Assembly: GCA_905235685.1 (NCBI GenBank)
Contig: CAJOMO010000010.1
Span: forward strand, 247-64,246
DNA: 64,000 nucleotides
Direction of reading: 5' to 3'
From: an uncultured Selenomonadaceae bacterium
GTDB lineage: Bacteria; Bacillota; Negativicutes; Selenomonadales; Selenomonadaceae
Both the position numbers and the translations under genes were made by a program. Below the pieces are notes generated by a model. That model saw only the letters and a list, made by a program, of their open reading frames with translations, was not told the DNA's origin and made no database searches. Positions 37,345 to 46,312 of the stretch are shown here, piece by piece; position 1 is the stretch's first letter, and each line of letters starts with the position of its first letter.

Positions 37345-38937
37345 TTGAGGAAGGCGTTAAAAATTTTGGGCGTGGCAATGAGTTTGTTGGGAATATTCAG
37401 CGTGACGCCCGACGCCGAAGCAAAAGTTAAACGCACGCAAGAAAAAATTTTATACATACCGCACGACAACCGCCCGATAGTCGACGAACAAACCATAGCG
37501 GTTGTTGAGCGCGCGGGGTACAAAGTTATCGTGCCGCCGCCGGAACTTTTGGGCAGCCGTGACGATTTGGGAAATCCCGATAGGCTTTGGGCGTGGATCG
37601 ATATGAATATGAAAAACAGCGTGCGTGCGGTAGTCATTTCGTCGGATTCAATGCTTTATGGCAGTTTAATTTCTTCGCGCAAGCACAATTACGATAAGCA
37701 GCTGATTTTGGAACGCGCGGAACTTTTTCGTGAATTTCGCAAGAAACATAAAAATTTGCCGATTTACGTTTTCGGCTCGATAATGAGGACGCCGCGCTCG
37801 GGCGACGCCTCCGGCTACGAGGAGCCCGATTATTACCAAAATTACGGCGCGAATATTTTTCGTTATACCGCGCTGAAAGATAAGCTTGATTTGGAAGGCT
37901 TGACGCCGCGCGAAACTAAGGAGATTAATTTTCTGCAAAAGTTGATACCTGCGCGAGCGATTGACGATTGGATGAACCGGCGCGATAAAAATTTTGCGGC
38001 GAATGAAAAATTAATCGATATGGCTAACGAAAATATTTTTGACTGTTTACTTTTGGGGCGGGACGATAACGCGCCCTATTCGCAGACGCATATGGAAGGG
38101 CGGCATTTGGCGAAGTACGGCGAAAATCTTGACAAGAGCAAATATCAAACCATTGCCGGCATTGACGAAATCGGGCTGATGCTTTTAACGCGTGCCATTA
38201 ACGACTACACCGACGATAAGCCGAAAATTTTTGTTATGTACAATCGAGGCGCGGGCGGCAAGACGATTCCGGCGTATTCCGACGAGCCGATTGACGATTC
38301 GATTAACGCTGAATTTTTCGCCACGGGCGCTGTTCGCATTTTTGACGAAAATCGCGCAGATTTTATTTTGGCGGTAAATACCAATCCGAACGGCGAAACT
38401 TACGAGGCGAATTTTCCGATTAACAACACCAATAAACGCGACGGAACTGATTATTTCGTCGGCAGTCTTCAAAATTACCTCAAGAGCGGCAAGAGAATTG
38501 CGCTGGCGGACGTTGCCTTTGCAAATGGCGCGGATAATGCGCTTATGGAGCAATTAAAAAACCACGGCTTGCTTTTCAAACTTCAAGCTTATGCGGGCTG
38601 GAATACGCCGACCAATTCGACAGGATTTGTTTTAAGTACGGGAATTTTGGCGGAGAAAATGACCGATAAGGCTAAGCGCGAATTGTTGACGATGCGATAT
38701 CTTGACGATTGGGCGTACCAGGCGAATGTTCGAACGCGAATTGCCGAGCAACTTTCCTGGATTGAGGGCGACGGTTTCTACGGCGTACTTAACGAAAAAC
38801 GTAATGACGCCGCCGATTGGAGCGGACAAATGCTTACCAACTTTGCGCGGAAAAATATTCCGGACTTCGGATTATCCAAAAATGTTAAGGTTGAATTTCC
38901 GTGGAATAGAATGTTTGAATCGCGAATTACTTTTTAA
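37345..38937 (+). CDS. Secreted protein of unknown function (possibly DUF4127 family)
   Basis: Start moved to TTG 37345 (GGGGGA 7 nt upstream), giving signal peptide LRKALKILGVAMSLLGIFSVTPDAEA. The family name is from memory of the IPHDNRP-type N-terminus and has low certainty. Confidence 0.45.
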   Translation: MRKALKILGVAMSLLGIFSVTPDAEAKVKRTQEKILYIPHDNRPIVDEQTIAVVERAGYKVIVPPPELLGSRDDLGNPDRLWAWIDMNMKNSVRAVVISSDSMLYGSLISSRKHNYDKQLILERAELFREFRKKHKNLPIYVFGSIMRTPRSGDASGYEEPDYYQNYGANIFRYTALKDKLDLEGLTPRETKEINFLQKLIPARAIDDWMNRRDKNFAANEKLIDMANENIFDCLLLGRDDNAPYSQTHMEGRHLAKYGENLDKSKYQTIAGIDEIGLMLLTRAINDYTDDKPKIFVMYNRGAGGKTIPAYSDEPIDDSINAEFFATGAVRIFDENRADFILAVNTNPNGETYEANFPINNTNKRDGTDYFVGSLQNYLKSGKRIALADVAFANGADNALMEQLKNHGLLFKLQAYAGWNTPTNSTGFVLSTGILAEKMTDKAKRELLTMRYLDDWAYQANVRTRIAEQLSWIEGDGFYGVLNEKRNDAADWSGQMLTNFARKNIPDFGLSKNVKVEFPWNRMFESRITF

Positions 38938-38984
38938 AATAAAAAAAACCTCGAACACGCATTGTGAACGAGGCGTTTTTTTTA
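38938..38984. terminator. Bidirectional terminator between convergent genes
   Basis: A8 - cctcgaacacg..tgtgaacgagg - T8. Confidence 0.65.
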
Positions 38985-38998
38985 GAACTTGCAAGCAC

Positions 38999-39190
38999 TC
39001 AAATAGCACGATTAACTTTTCCGGAGCGAAGGCAACGCGTGCAAACATTGACACGTTTAATTTCGCCGTCTATAATTGCACGGACGCGTTGAATATTCGG
39101 CTTCCATTTGCGTTTAGTCTTTAAGTGCGAATGGCTCACGTTCATTCCGGACATCGTACCTTTATGGCAAATCTCGCAATAAGCGGACAT
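38999..39190 (-). CDS. rpmB: 50S ribosomal protein L28
   Basis: 63 aa. MSAYCEICHKGTMSGMNVSHSHLKTKRKWKPNIQRVRAIIDG...RVCTRCLRSGKV. Confidence 0.95.
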   Translation of the reverse strand: MSAYCEICHKGTMSGMNVSHSHLKTKRKWKPNIQRVRAIIDGEIKRVNVCTRCLRSGKVNRAI

Positions 39191-39222
39191 GAAAATTCAC
39201 TCCCTTCAAAAGTAACAGGCGA

Positions 39223-39251
39223 ATTATAACACAGGAATTTAATCAGTGCAA
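39223..39251 (-). promoter_or_regulatory. rpmB promoter
   Basis: Minus strand reads TTGCAC - 17 nt - (TGT)TATAAT, about 30 nt upstream of the GGGAG SD. Confidence 0.6.
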
Positions 39252-39273
39252 ATTTTTTTTAATGATAATGTCA

Positions 39274-39296
39274 GCATTTCTTTCTTTTCGGAAAGA
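39274..39296. repeat. 23-nt dispersed hairpin repeat, copy 1
   Basis: gcatttctttcttttcggaaaga is identical to 44390-44412. Here it extends to an 11-bp stem tttctttcttt/aaagaaagaaa. Confidence 0.85.
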
Positions 39297-39445
39297 AAGA
39301 AACGCTTGCGCGGTTTGCGTAGCAAAGCGTGCTCTTTAGTGCAAAGAAAGAAAACTTACCCGCTGTAGTCACATCACGTGACTAGCGCGGGCGCGCGTCC
39401 GTGCGCGCCTCTTCAACGTTTGAGTTTATTCTGGGGGAATTTATT

Positions 39446-42103
39446 TTGAGACCGATTAGTTTGAAAATGGTGGCGTTTGAACCTTATGCGCAAACTGTCA
39501 ATTTGGATTTTGAAAAAGGTTTGGGCGGCGAAAATTTTTTTCTGATACACGGCGCAACCGGCGCGGGTAAAACGTCTATTCTCGACGCCATTTGTTATGC
39601 GCTCTATGACGACAGTTCAGGCGGCGGGCGCGACGGCAAAATGATGCGCTCTAATCAAGCTCCGCCCAACCTCGCCACCGAAGTTCAATTTGAATTTGCA
39701 CTCGGCGATAACGTTTACAAAATCCGCCGCAATCCCGAATGCAAAATGCCACGCGGTATCGCCGATAAAAAACCCGAGGCTGAACTTTATCGCAACGGTA
39801 AATTAATTTCGCGCTCCGCCCGCGACGTCACGCAAGAAATTAAAAAAATTATCGGATTCGGCGTCGAACAATTCCGACAGGTGATTCTGCTCCCGCAGGG
39901 CAATTTCCAAAAATTTCTTGTGTCCAAATCCAAAGACCGCGGCGATATCCTCAACGCCATTTTTAACGCTAATCTTTACGCAAATATTGAAACCGAATTG
40001 AAAAATAAATCTGCCGCCGCCAAAACTATTCTTGAAGACCTCGATAAACAGCATCAAAATTATCTGGAGAATGCGCGCGAAATTGGCAAAGTCCAATCCG
40101 ACAAAGATATCCTCGCGCTTATTGAAACTGTCATTGCCAATTTGCAGACTTCAAAAAATAAATGCGCTGAATCGAAAATTCTTGCCGATAAAGCGGTTGC
40201 GGCGTGGACTGCGGGCGAAATTCTCACCAAACAATTTGAAAACCTCGCCGCCGCCAATTCCTCTTTGCAAAATGCTCAAGCCGTCCTAAAAAAAATTACC
40301 GCGGATTTAGCCACCGCGCAGATTGAATACGAAAAACGGCAAGCGGAAGAATCTAAGCGGCGCGAATTGGAAAATAAAATCGCCGAATTGCAAAAAATTT
40401 CCGCGGCGCTGGCTGAATTGCGCCAAAAACAAAATGAATTGGCGCTTGCGAAGGAGGCTCAGCACGCAGCGCAAAATGAATTGCGAACGCTTGAAACTAA
40501 GCGGCAAAATTACGAAAGTCGATTGGCTGATTTAAAGCGGCAAATGGTTAGCTTGCAGGGCGCGGACGTAGATTTAAAGAGCGCCGAGCAAACCTTGAAG
40601 GACGCGCGGGAACGTGAGGCTTGCTTGCGTGAAATTGAACGGCTGACGCGCGAATTGCATGACGCCGAGGGGCGTTTGGAAACCGCGAATAAAAATTATG
40701 ACGCCGCGCAACGCGAACTTAAGCGCCTGCAATTTGTTCAGAAAATGTGTACCGCCGCGAAATTGGCTGAAAGTCTTGTTGACGGCGAGCCCTGTCCGGT
40801 TTGCGGCGCACTTCAGCATCCTAACCCAACTGTCACTGACGAAATTATTCCGAACGACGAAGAAATCGCTCAAGCCGAAAAAATTTTAGAGCGCCGCGAA
40901 AAGGAATGCAAATTGACAAATCAATCTGTGACGAATATTGGCGGTAGAATTGAGGCGCAAAAAATTTTGTTGCAGAAATTGGCGAATGCGTTGGCGCTAA
41001 ATCAGGCGCAAGAAATTTTCAGCGCCGCCACTGAAAAAGCCGACGAATTGAAAGATTGTCAGGCGCGGTTACAAAGCGGCGAAAATTTCACCAATCAAGT
41101 TGTGCAAAAAATTGAGCCTGCGCGAAATAATTATGACGCAAAAACGCGCGAGGCTGAAAAATTGCGCGGAATTGTCGAAGAAAAAAAGCGCCAAATTCCG
41201 GAAATTTATTTGACACAACCTAACAAAATTGCCGACGATTTAAATGTTATCGAACGCGAAAAGCAAAAACTTGACGCCGCCTGGAAGTTCGCCGAGGAAA
41301 AATTTCACCGCCTTCAAAATCAAAAATCCAAATGCGAAGGCGAAGTTCAATCCGCGGAAAATGCTTGCAATGACGCCGCCGCCAAAGTTGCCGGTAAATC
41401 CCGCCCCAATATTGACGCGCTGAAAAATCAAAAAACCGTCGCGCAGAATTCGCATAACGCGGCGATTGCCGAAATGACGACGCTTGAAAATAATTTGCAA
41501 CGCCTTCAAGATATTTCTAAAAAAATCGGAGCATTGGACGCGAAAATTCAATTGGCTAAGCAAAATTACCAGATTTGGCAAAGATTATCTGACGCGGCGA
41601 CCGGCAAAAATTCAAAGGTTTCTTTCCAGCGGTATTATCTCAACGCGATTTTCAAGGACGTAATTTTTGAGGCGAATGAGCGGCTTATCAAAATGAGCGG
41701 CGAACGTTATCAATTTTTGGACAAGGAGCGCGTTACGGATCGTCGAACGAGCGGCGGATTAGATTTGGAAATTTTTGATGCTTACGCGGGCACTGCGCGA
41801 GATGTCAAAACTTTGTCGGGCGGCGAATCTTTTTTGGCGTCGCTGTCTTTGGCGTTGGGGTTGGCGGCGGTTGTCAAAAATACTTCGGGCGGTATCAAAC
41901 TTGACACGATTTTTATTGATGAAGGTTTCGGCTCATTGGACAGCGAAACTTTGGACGTGGCTATGAATGCGCTGATTGATTTGCAAAGTGGCGGGCGGCT
42001 TGTCGGTATCATTTCTCACGTTGACGAGCTGAAAAGCAGAATCCCCGTGCGATTGGAAGTAACCAAAACTAAATCCGGCAGCACCGCAAAATTCGTTCGC
42101 TAA
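39446..42103 (+). CDS. sbcC: Exonuclease SbcCD ATPase subunit SbcC (Rad50-like)
   Basis: Start moved to TTG 39446 (GGGGGA 7 nt upstream; LRPISLKMVAFEPY). Walker A GATGAGKTS, long coiled coil with zinc hook CPVCG, signature LSGGESF, Walker B IFIDEGFGSLD. Confidence 0.9.
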   Translation: MRPISLKMVAFEPYAQTVNLDFEKGLGGENFFLIHGATGAGKTSILDAICYALYDDSSGGGRDGKMMRSNQAPPNLATEVQFEFALGDNVYKIRRNPECKMPRGIADKKPEAELYRNGKLISRSARDVTQEIKKIIGFGVEQFRQVILLPQGNFQKFLVSKSKDRGDILNAIFNANLYANIETELKNKSAAAKTILEDLDKQHQNYLENAREIGKVQSDKDILALIETVIANLQTSKNKCAESKILADKAVAAWTAGEILTKQFENLAAANSSLQNAQAVLKKITADLATAQIEYEKRQAEESKRRELENKIAELQKISAALAELRQKQNELALAKEAQHAAQNELRTLETKRQNYESRLADLKRQMVSLQGADVDLKSAEQTLKDAREREACLREIERLTRELHDAEGRLETANKNYDAAQRELKRLQFVQKMCTAAKLAESLVDGEPCPVCGALQHPNPTVTDEIIPNDEEIAQAEKILERREKECKLTNQSVTNIGGRIEAQKILLQKLANALALNQAQEIFSAATEKADELKDCQARLQSGENFTNQVVQKIEPARNNYDAKTREAEKLRGIVEEKKRQIPEIYLTQPNKIADDLNVIEREKQKLDAAWKFAEEKFHRLQNQKSKCEGEVQSAENACNDAAAKVAGKSRPNIDALKNQKTVAQNSHNAAIAEMTTLENNLQRLQDISKKIGALDAKIQLAKQNYQIWQRLSDAATGKNSKVSFQRYYLNAIFKDVIFEANERLIKMSGERYQFLDKERVTDRRTSGGLDLEIFDAYAGTARDVKTLSGGESFLASLSLALGLAAVVKNTSGGIKLDTIFIDEGFGSLDSETLDVAMNALIDLQSGGRLVGIISHVDELKSRIPVRLEVTKTKSGSTAKFVR

Positions 42104-42111
42104 AAGATTTT

Positions 42112-42145
42112 ATCTCCGGCTCAAATGCGGCTGGAGATTTTTTAT
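42112..42145 (+). terminator. Rho-independent terminator after sbcC
   Basis: atctccggc-loop-gctggagat followed by ttttttat. Confidence 0.65.
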
Positions 42146-42163
42146 TTCCGCAAAAAAAAGTTA

Positions 42164-42192
42164 TTGATAATTTTTTTCAAAGTTGCTATAAT
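42164..42192 (+). promoter_or_regulatory. feoAB promoter
   Basis: TTGATA - 17 nt - TATAAT, about 45 nt upstream of the feoA ATG. Confidence 0.6.
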
Positions 42193-42238
42193 TCTCAAAT
42201 GAAACTGATTAATAATTAGATTGTGCAGGAGTGATAAC

Positions 42239-42463
42239 ATGACGCTCAAAGATACAAATCCTGGAATGATAGTTCGGATTGATGAAGTTGGCGAATCGGC
42301 GTTGAAACAGCGTTTAATGACGATGGGGTTAATTCCCGGCACGCGCGTTGAGATTTTACATTCCGCGCCGCTCGGCGACCCCATTGCGCTTAGGCTTCGC
42401 TCATACAATTTGGCGCTCCGCAGGGACGACGCCGCTACCATTCAAGTTACGCAAATCAAGTGA
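42239..42463 (+). CDS. feoA: Ferrous iron transport protein A
   Basis: 74 aa from ATG 42239 (SD CAGGAG). SH3-like FeoA pattern: RLMTMGLIPGTRVEIL...GDPIALRLRSYNLALRRDDA. Confidence 0.9.
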   Translation: MTLKDTNPGMIVRIDEVGESALKQRLMTMGLIPGTRVEILHSAPLGDPIALRLRSYNLALRRDDAATIQVTQIK

Positions 42464-42478
42464 AGAGGTGATTAGACT

Positions 42479-44380
42479 ATGGCTGCAATTTCTGTAGCAT
42501 TGACCGGCAACCCGAATACCGGTAAATCGACGATTTTTAATGAGCTGACCGGCGCGCGGCAAAAAATTGGCAATTGGCCTGGCGTTACGGTTGATAAAAA
42601 AGTTGGACTTATCGAATACAACGGCAGAAAAATTTCCGTGGTGGATTTGCCAGGCACTTATTCGATTAACGCCCGTTCGCAGGAAGAGCAAGTTGTCAGC
42701 GATTATTTTTCCGAAAACAAGCCGGATATCGTCGTTGATATCGTTGACGCGTCGAATATTGCGCGAAATTTGTTTTTGACTGTTCAACTTTTGGAGCATG
42801 GCATTCCGCTGATTATCAATCTGAATATGATGGACGAGGCGGAGCGGCACGGTATCAAAATTGACGATTCGAAGCTTGAGAAAATTTTTGGTATGCCGGT
42901 TACAAACACGGTCGGGCGCAGTAACAAGAGCGTTAAAGTTTTGCTGGACGTTTTTACAAATACGCGAATGTCGAATTATCACCCCAGCCAACAGCTTGAA
43001 GAGCACATTAACCGGATTCACCAAATCCAAAACAGCGGCTTGAGCAAAGAAAAAATTGACGAAGAAATTATCACGGCGCGGTATGATTTTATCGACAAAG
43101 TAATGGCGGAAGCGGTGACGTTGAGCGCGGCGAGTCCGTCGCTTTCAGAAAAGCTTGACGCGATTTTTACAAATGGAATATCGGCGCTGGTAATAATGTT
43201 GGTAGCGTTTTACCTGCTGTTTCAGATAGCGTTTGAATGGGTCGGGCAGCCGTTAGCTGATATGCTCGGAGAATTTTTTGAAGACACGGTTGCCCCCGCG
43301 GCAATGGAGGCAATGGCAGCGGCGGGCGTTGCAGATTGGATGCAGTCATTGGTTGGCGACGGAATAATCGTGGGAGTCGGCGCAGTTTTAAGTTTCGTAC
43401 CGCTGATTTTCACGCTGTTTTTCGTGCTTAGCTTTTTGGACGGAACAGGTTATATGGCGCGCGTGGCGTTTGTAATGGATCCGATAATGCGGCGCGTAGG
43501 ATTGACGGGCAAAGGAATAATGCCGCTTATAATGGGTTATGGCTGCGGCGTTCCGGCGATAATGGGCGCGCGGGCTCTTGACACTAACAAAGACAGAATG
43601 ATTTCCATTTTAATCACGCCGTTTTTAACTTGCAGCGCGAAAGTTCCGATTATCGCGTTATTTGCGGTAATGTTTTTCCCCGACAATGCGGCTAATATCG
43701 TTTTCGCGATGTACATAATCGGATTGGCGACGGCAATATTGATGGCGAAAGTTTTGGGTCATACTGTATTCAAGGGGCAAGAATCGACGTTTCTTTTGGA
43801 ATTGCCGCCGTATCGTATGCCGGATATGAAAACGGTATTGTTGGAAACTTGGGACAAAGGCAAAGGCTACATTATTAAAGCCGGAACGATAATTTTTGCA
43901 ATGACGGTTCTTATTTGGTTTTTGAGCAATTTCAATTCGGACGGAATGACTGAAGAAACAGATCAAAGTTACCTTGCGTCGATAGGCGGCGCGGCGGCAA
44001 CGCTTTTTGCTCCACAAGGTTTTAATACTTGGGAAGCGGGCGCGGCAGTCGTTACCGGATTGGCGGCTAAAGAGTCGGTTGTTTCAACAATCGGCGTTTT
44101 GTACGGCGCGGACGAAGATTCGGTTGATACGGACGACGCTGACGGAACGGCAGATGTTTTAATGAAAACCGGAATGGCTACGGCGTTTACCCCTCTTGCG
44201 GCGCTGGCGTTTATGGTCTTCACACAACTTTATTCTCCGTGCGTAACGGCGCTCGGCACAATCAAAAAAGAAACTCAAAGCTGGAAATGGATGGGCTTTG
44301 CCTTCCTGTACACATGCGCGGTTGCGTGGGTGGCGTCAATGCTGGTTTATCAAATCGGCAGTTTGTTAGGTTTTCAATAA
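42479..44380 (+). CDS. feoB: Ferrous iron transporter FeoB (G-domain + permease)
   Basis: 633 aa. GNPNTGKST and DLPGTYS G-motifs followed by a polytopic membrane domain. Confidence 0.95.
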   Translation: MAAISVALTGNPNTGKSTIFNELTGARQKIGNWPGVTVDKKVGLIEYNGRKISVVDLPGTYSINARSQEEQVVSDYFSENKPDIVVDIVDASNIARNLFLTVQLLEHGIPLIINLNMMDEAERHGIKIDDSKLEKIFGMPVTNTVGRSNKSVKVLLDVFTNTRMSNYHPSQQLEEHINRIHQIQNSGLSKEKIDEEIITARYDFIDKVMAEAVTLSAASPSLSEKLDAIFTNGISALVIMLVAFYLLFQIAFEWVGQPLADMLGEFFEDTVAPAAMEAMAAAGVADWMQSLVGDGIIVGVGAVLSFVPLIFTLFFVLSFLDGTGYMARVAFVMDPIMRRVGLTGKGIMPLIMGYGCGVPAIMGARALDTNKDRMISILITPFLTCSAKVPIIALFAVMFFPDNAANIVFAMYIIGLATAILMAKVLGHTVFKGQESTFLLELPPYRMPDMKTVLLETWDKGKGYIIKAGTIIFAMTVLIWFLSNFNSDGMTEETDQSYLASIGGAAATLFAPQGFNTWEAGAAVVTGLAAKESVVSTIGVLYGADEDSVDTDDADGTADVLMKTGMATAFTPLAALAFMVFTQLYSPCVTALGTIKKETQSWKWMGFAFLYTCAVAWVASMLVYQIGSLLGFQ

Positions 44381-44389
44381 TTTATATCG

Positions 44390-44412
44390 GCATTTCTTTC
44401 TTTTCGGAAAGA
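44390..44412. repeat. 23-nt dispersed hairpin repeat, copy 2
   Basis: gcatttctttcttttcggaaaga is identical to 39274-39296. It sits between the feoB stop and the next SD. Confidence 0.85.
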
Positions 44413-44430
44413 TTTGCGGAGGTGATGGCT

Positions 44431-44838
44431 ATGGCAACTTATGTAGTCGGCGCAATTATCGCCGTGGCTTTGATTAATGGGCTCAGGGTTATTTACAACA
44501 GTTTTTTCAGAGGCGAGGCGGCTTGCTGCGACAGCGGCGGCTGCAGTGGTTGTTCGGGCTGTTCCATAAAAAATGCTATGGCGAATAGTTACAGGGCGCG
44601 CGTCAACAAAATTGAACAGTGCGAAATTCACCGCACAATCGACGTTGACGGTATGACGTGCGAGCATTGCGTGGCTAATGTCGTTCGGGCGCTTGAAAAA
44701 GTTGACGGCGTGAAAATTGCCGCGGCAAGTTTGGAAAAACAGGCGGCTCTTGCGGGGCTTACTAAAAATGTTCCCGACGAAATTCTGCGCGACGCCATTA
44801 ACAAAGCCGGCTATCACGCAGGCGCTGTTACGATTTAA
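44431..44838 (+). CDS. FeoB-associated Cys-rich membrane peptide fused to a heavy-metal-associated (HMA) domain
   Basis: 135 aa from ATG 44431 (GGAGG 8 nt upstream). TM helix MATYVVGAIIAVALINGL, then CCDSGGCSGCSGCS, then an HMA fold with GMTCEHCVANVVRALEKVDGV. Confidence 0.75.
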   Translation: MATYVVGAIIAVALINGLRVIYNSFFRGEAACCDSGGCSGCSGCSIKNAMANSYRARVNKIEQCEIHRTIDVDGMTCEHCVANVVRALEKVDGVKIAAASLEKQAALAGLTKNVPDEILRDAINKAGYHAGAVTI

Positions 44839-44857
44839 AAAAATTTCGGGCAACTTA

Positions 44858-44895
44858 AAATCTCCCACTGCGATTTTGCAACGGGAGATTTTTTA
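44858..44895. terminator. Bidirectional terminator between convergent genes
   Basis: aaaatctccc-actgcgattttgcaac-gggagatttttt. Confidence 0.65.
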
Positions 44896-44926
44896 TTTAT
44901 ATGTCTATGTAACACGTACCTTGCGA

Positions 44927-46312
44927 TTATTGGCGTCTGTAAGCGCTGATTTGCGTATAATGTTTCTTGAAAAATTCTTCGGCGACTTGCGGGAAAAGTG
45001 CGTAGCTCAAAACGTCTTCGTCAGTCGGATTCAAAAAGCCCTTGCCAATTAATTCATCTTTGAACTGCGCGAAAGTTTCAGCCTTAGCATCTTCGACGGA
45101 GCAATCTTCAATGATCTGTTCAGCGGGAATGCCGAGCGTATTAATGATAAAATCTCTGTCGACGGGAACGGGCGTCCTGCCAAATTTGCCGCGTACCAAA
45201 TCTTTAAATTCGTTGGGAACCATTTTATAACGCTGCCCCGTCATAACGTTGAAAGTTGCCATAGTGCCGACGATTTGACTGGAAGGCGTAACCAGCGGCG
45301 GATAACCGGCGTCTGCACGAACTTTCGGCATTTCGTCAAGCAAATCTTGATATTTATCTTCCATGCCTGCCTCTTTGAGCTGATTAGCGAGATTAGACAG
45401 CATACCGCCAGGAATTTGGAAGTCCAGCACGTTGACGTTGACGTCGAAATAGCCCTTCAAGCCAAATTCTTTGATAAGTTCGGCTTTGACGGCTAAGAAA
45501 TGTTTAGCAATGGGCGTCATAGCCTGCCTGTCCAATCCGGTATCGCGCTCCGTACCCTTCAGCATAGCAACGATAGTTTCAGTGCAGGGCTGTGAAGTAT
45601 CGCAGGAAAACGGCGACAGCGCGCAGTCAACAATATCAACGCCGGCTTCGATAGCCTTCAAATAAGTTGCGTGACCAAATCCGCTCGTGCAATGAGTATG
45701 CAATTCCACCGGAATATCCAGCGCAGCCTTCAACTTTTTCACCAAATCGTCAGCGGCGTATGGCGCGAGCAAACCCGACATATCTTTGATACAAACCGAA
45801 TGACAGCCCATCTCTTGAAGTTCCTTCGCCAGCTCAACGAATTTTTCATTGGTATGGACGGGGCTAATCGTGTAAACCAGACAGCCTTGAACTTCGGGCT
45901 TTTCGGGGCATTCAAGCGCCGCTTTAATCGCCACGCGCAAATTTCTAACGTCATTGAGCGCGTCAAAAATTCTGAACACGCCGATACCGTGAGCCGCCGC
46001 GTGCTGTACAAATTTTTCAACCACGTCATTTGAATAGTGATTGTAGCCCAAAAGATTTTGCCCGCGCAACAGCATTTGAATCGGCGTTTTCAATCTGGCT
46101 TTGAGTTTGTCGAGGCGTTCCCAGGGGTCTTCGTCCAAAAATCTCAAGCAGGTGTCGAACGTTGCGCCGCCCCATGCTTCCAACGCTTTGTAACCAATGC
46201 TGTCTAACGCCGCAAGCATCGGCTCCATTTGGCGATAGCGCATTCTCGTTGCGCACAGCGATTGATGCCCGTCGCGCAGGACTGTTTCCATTATCTGTAA
46301 CGGTTTTGCCAT
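44927..46312 (-). CDS. Carboxyltransferase subunit (oxaloacetate decarboxylase alpha / transcarboxylase 5S-like) without a biotin-carrier domain
   Basis: Start moved to ATG 46312 (GAAGGAGA upstream): MAKPLQIMETVLRDGHQSL..., HTHCTSG. The C-terminus lacks an AMKM biotinyl motif. Confidence 0.85.
   Translation of the reverse strand: MAKPLQIMETVLRDGHQSLCATRMRYRQMEPMLAALDSIGYKALEAWGGATFDTCLRFLDEDPWERLDKLKARLKTPIQMLLRGQNLLGYNHYSNDVVEKFVQHAAAHGIGVFRIFDALNDVRNLRVAIKAALECPEKPEVQGCLVYTISPVHTNEKFVELAKELQEMGCHSVCIKDMSGLLAPYAADDLVKKLKAALDIPVELHTHCTSGFGHATYLKAIEAGVDIVDCALSPFSCDTSQPCTETIVAMLKGTERDTGLDRQAMTPIAKHFLAVKAELIKEFGLKGYFDVNVNVLDFQIPGGMLSNLANQLKEAGMEDKYQDLLDEMPKVRADAGYPPLVTPSSQIVGTMATFNVMTGQRYKMVPNEFKDLVRGKFGRTPVPVDRDFIINTLGIPAEQIIEDCSVEDAKAETFAQFKDELIGKGFLNPTDEDVLSYALFPQVAEEFFKKHYTQISAYRRQ

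Noticed and set aside
37330-37350. Shared translation-initiation string ctgggggaat(a/t)t..ttttgag upstream of the 37345 and 39446 TTG starts
   Set aside because: It is just an SD (GGGGGA) plus an A/T spacer plus TTG-AG. The match of about 20 nt has an indel and is explicable by ordinary ribosome-binding-site constraints.
42164-42225. Possible Fur box in the feoAB promoter/leader (TGATAAT at the -35; TGATTAATAATTAGA at about 42207-42221)
   Set aside because: Only about 8 of 14 positions match the 7-1-7 TGATAATnATTATCA consensus at the best site, and just one good half-site sits at the -35. AT-rich promoter DNA gives such matches by chance. This is not reportable without a PWM scan.
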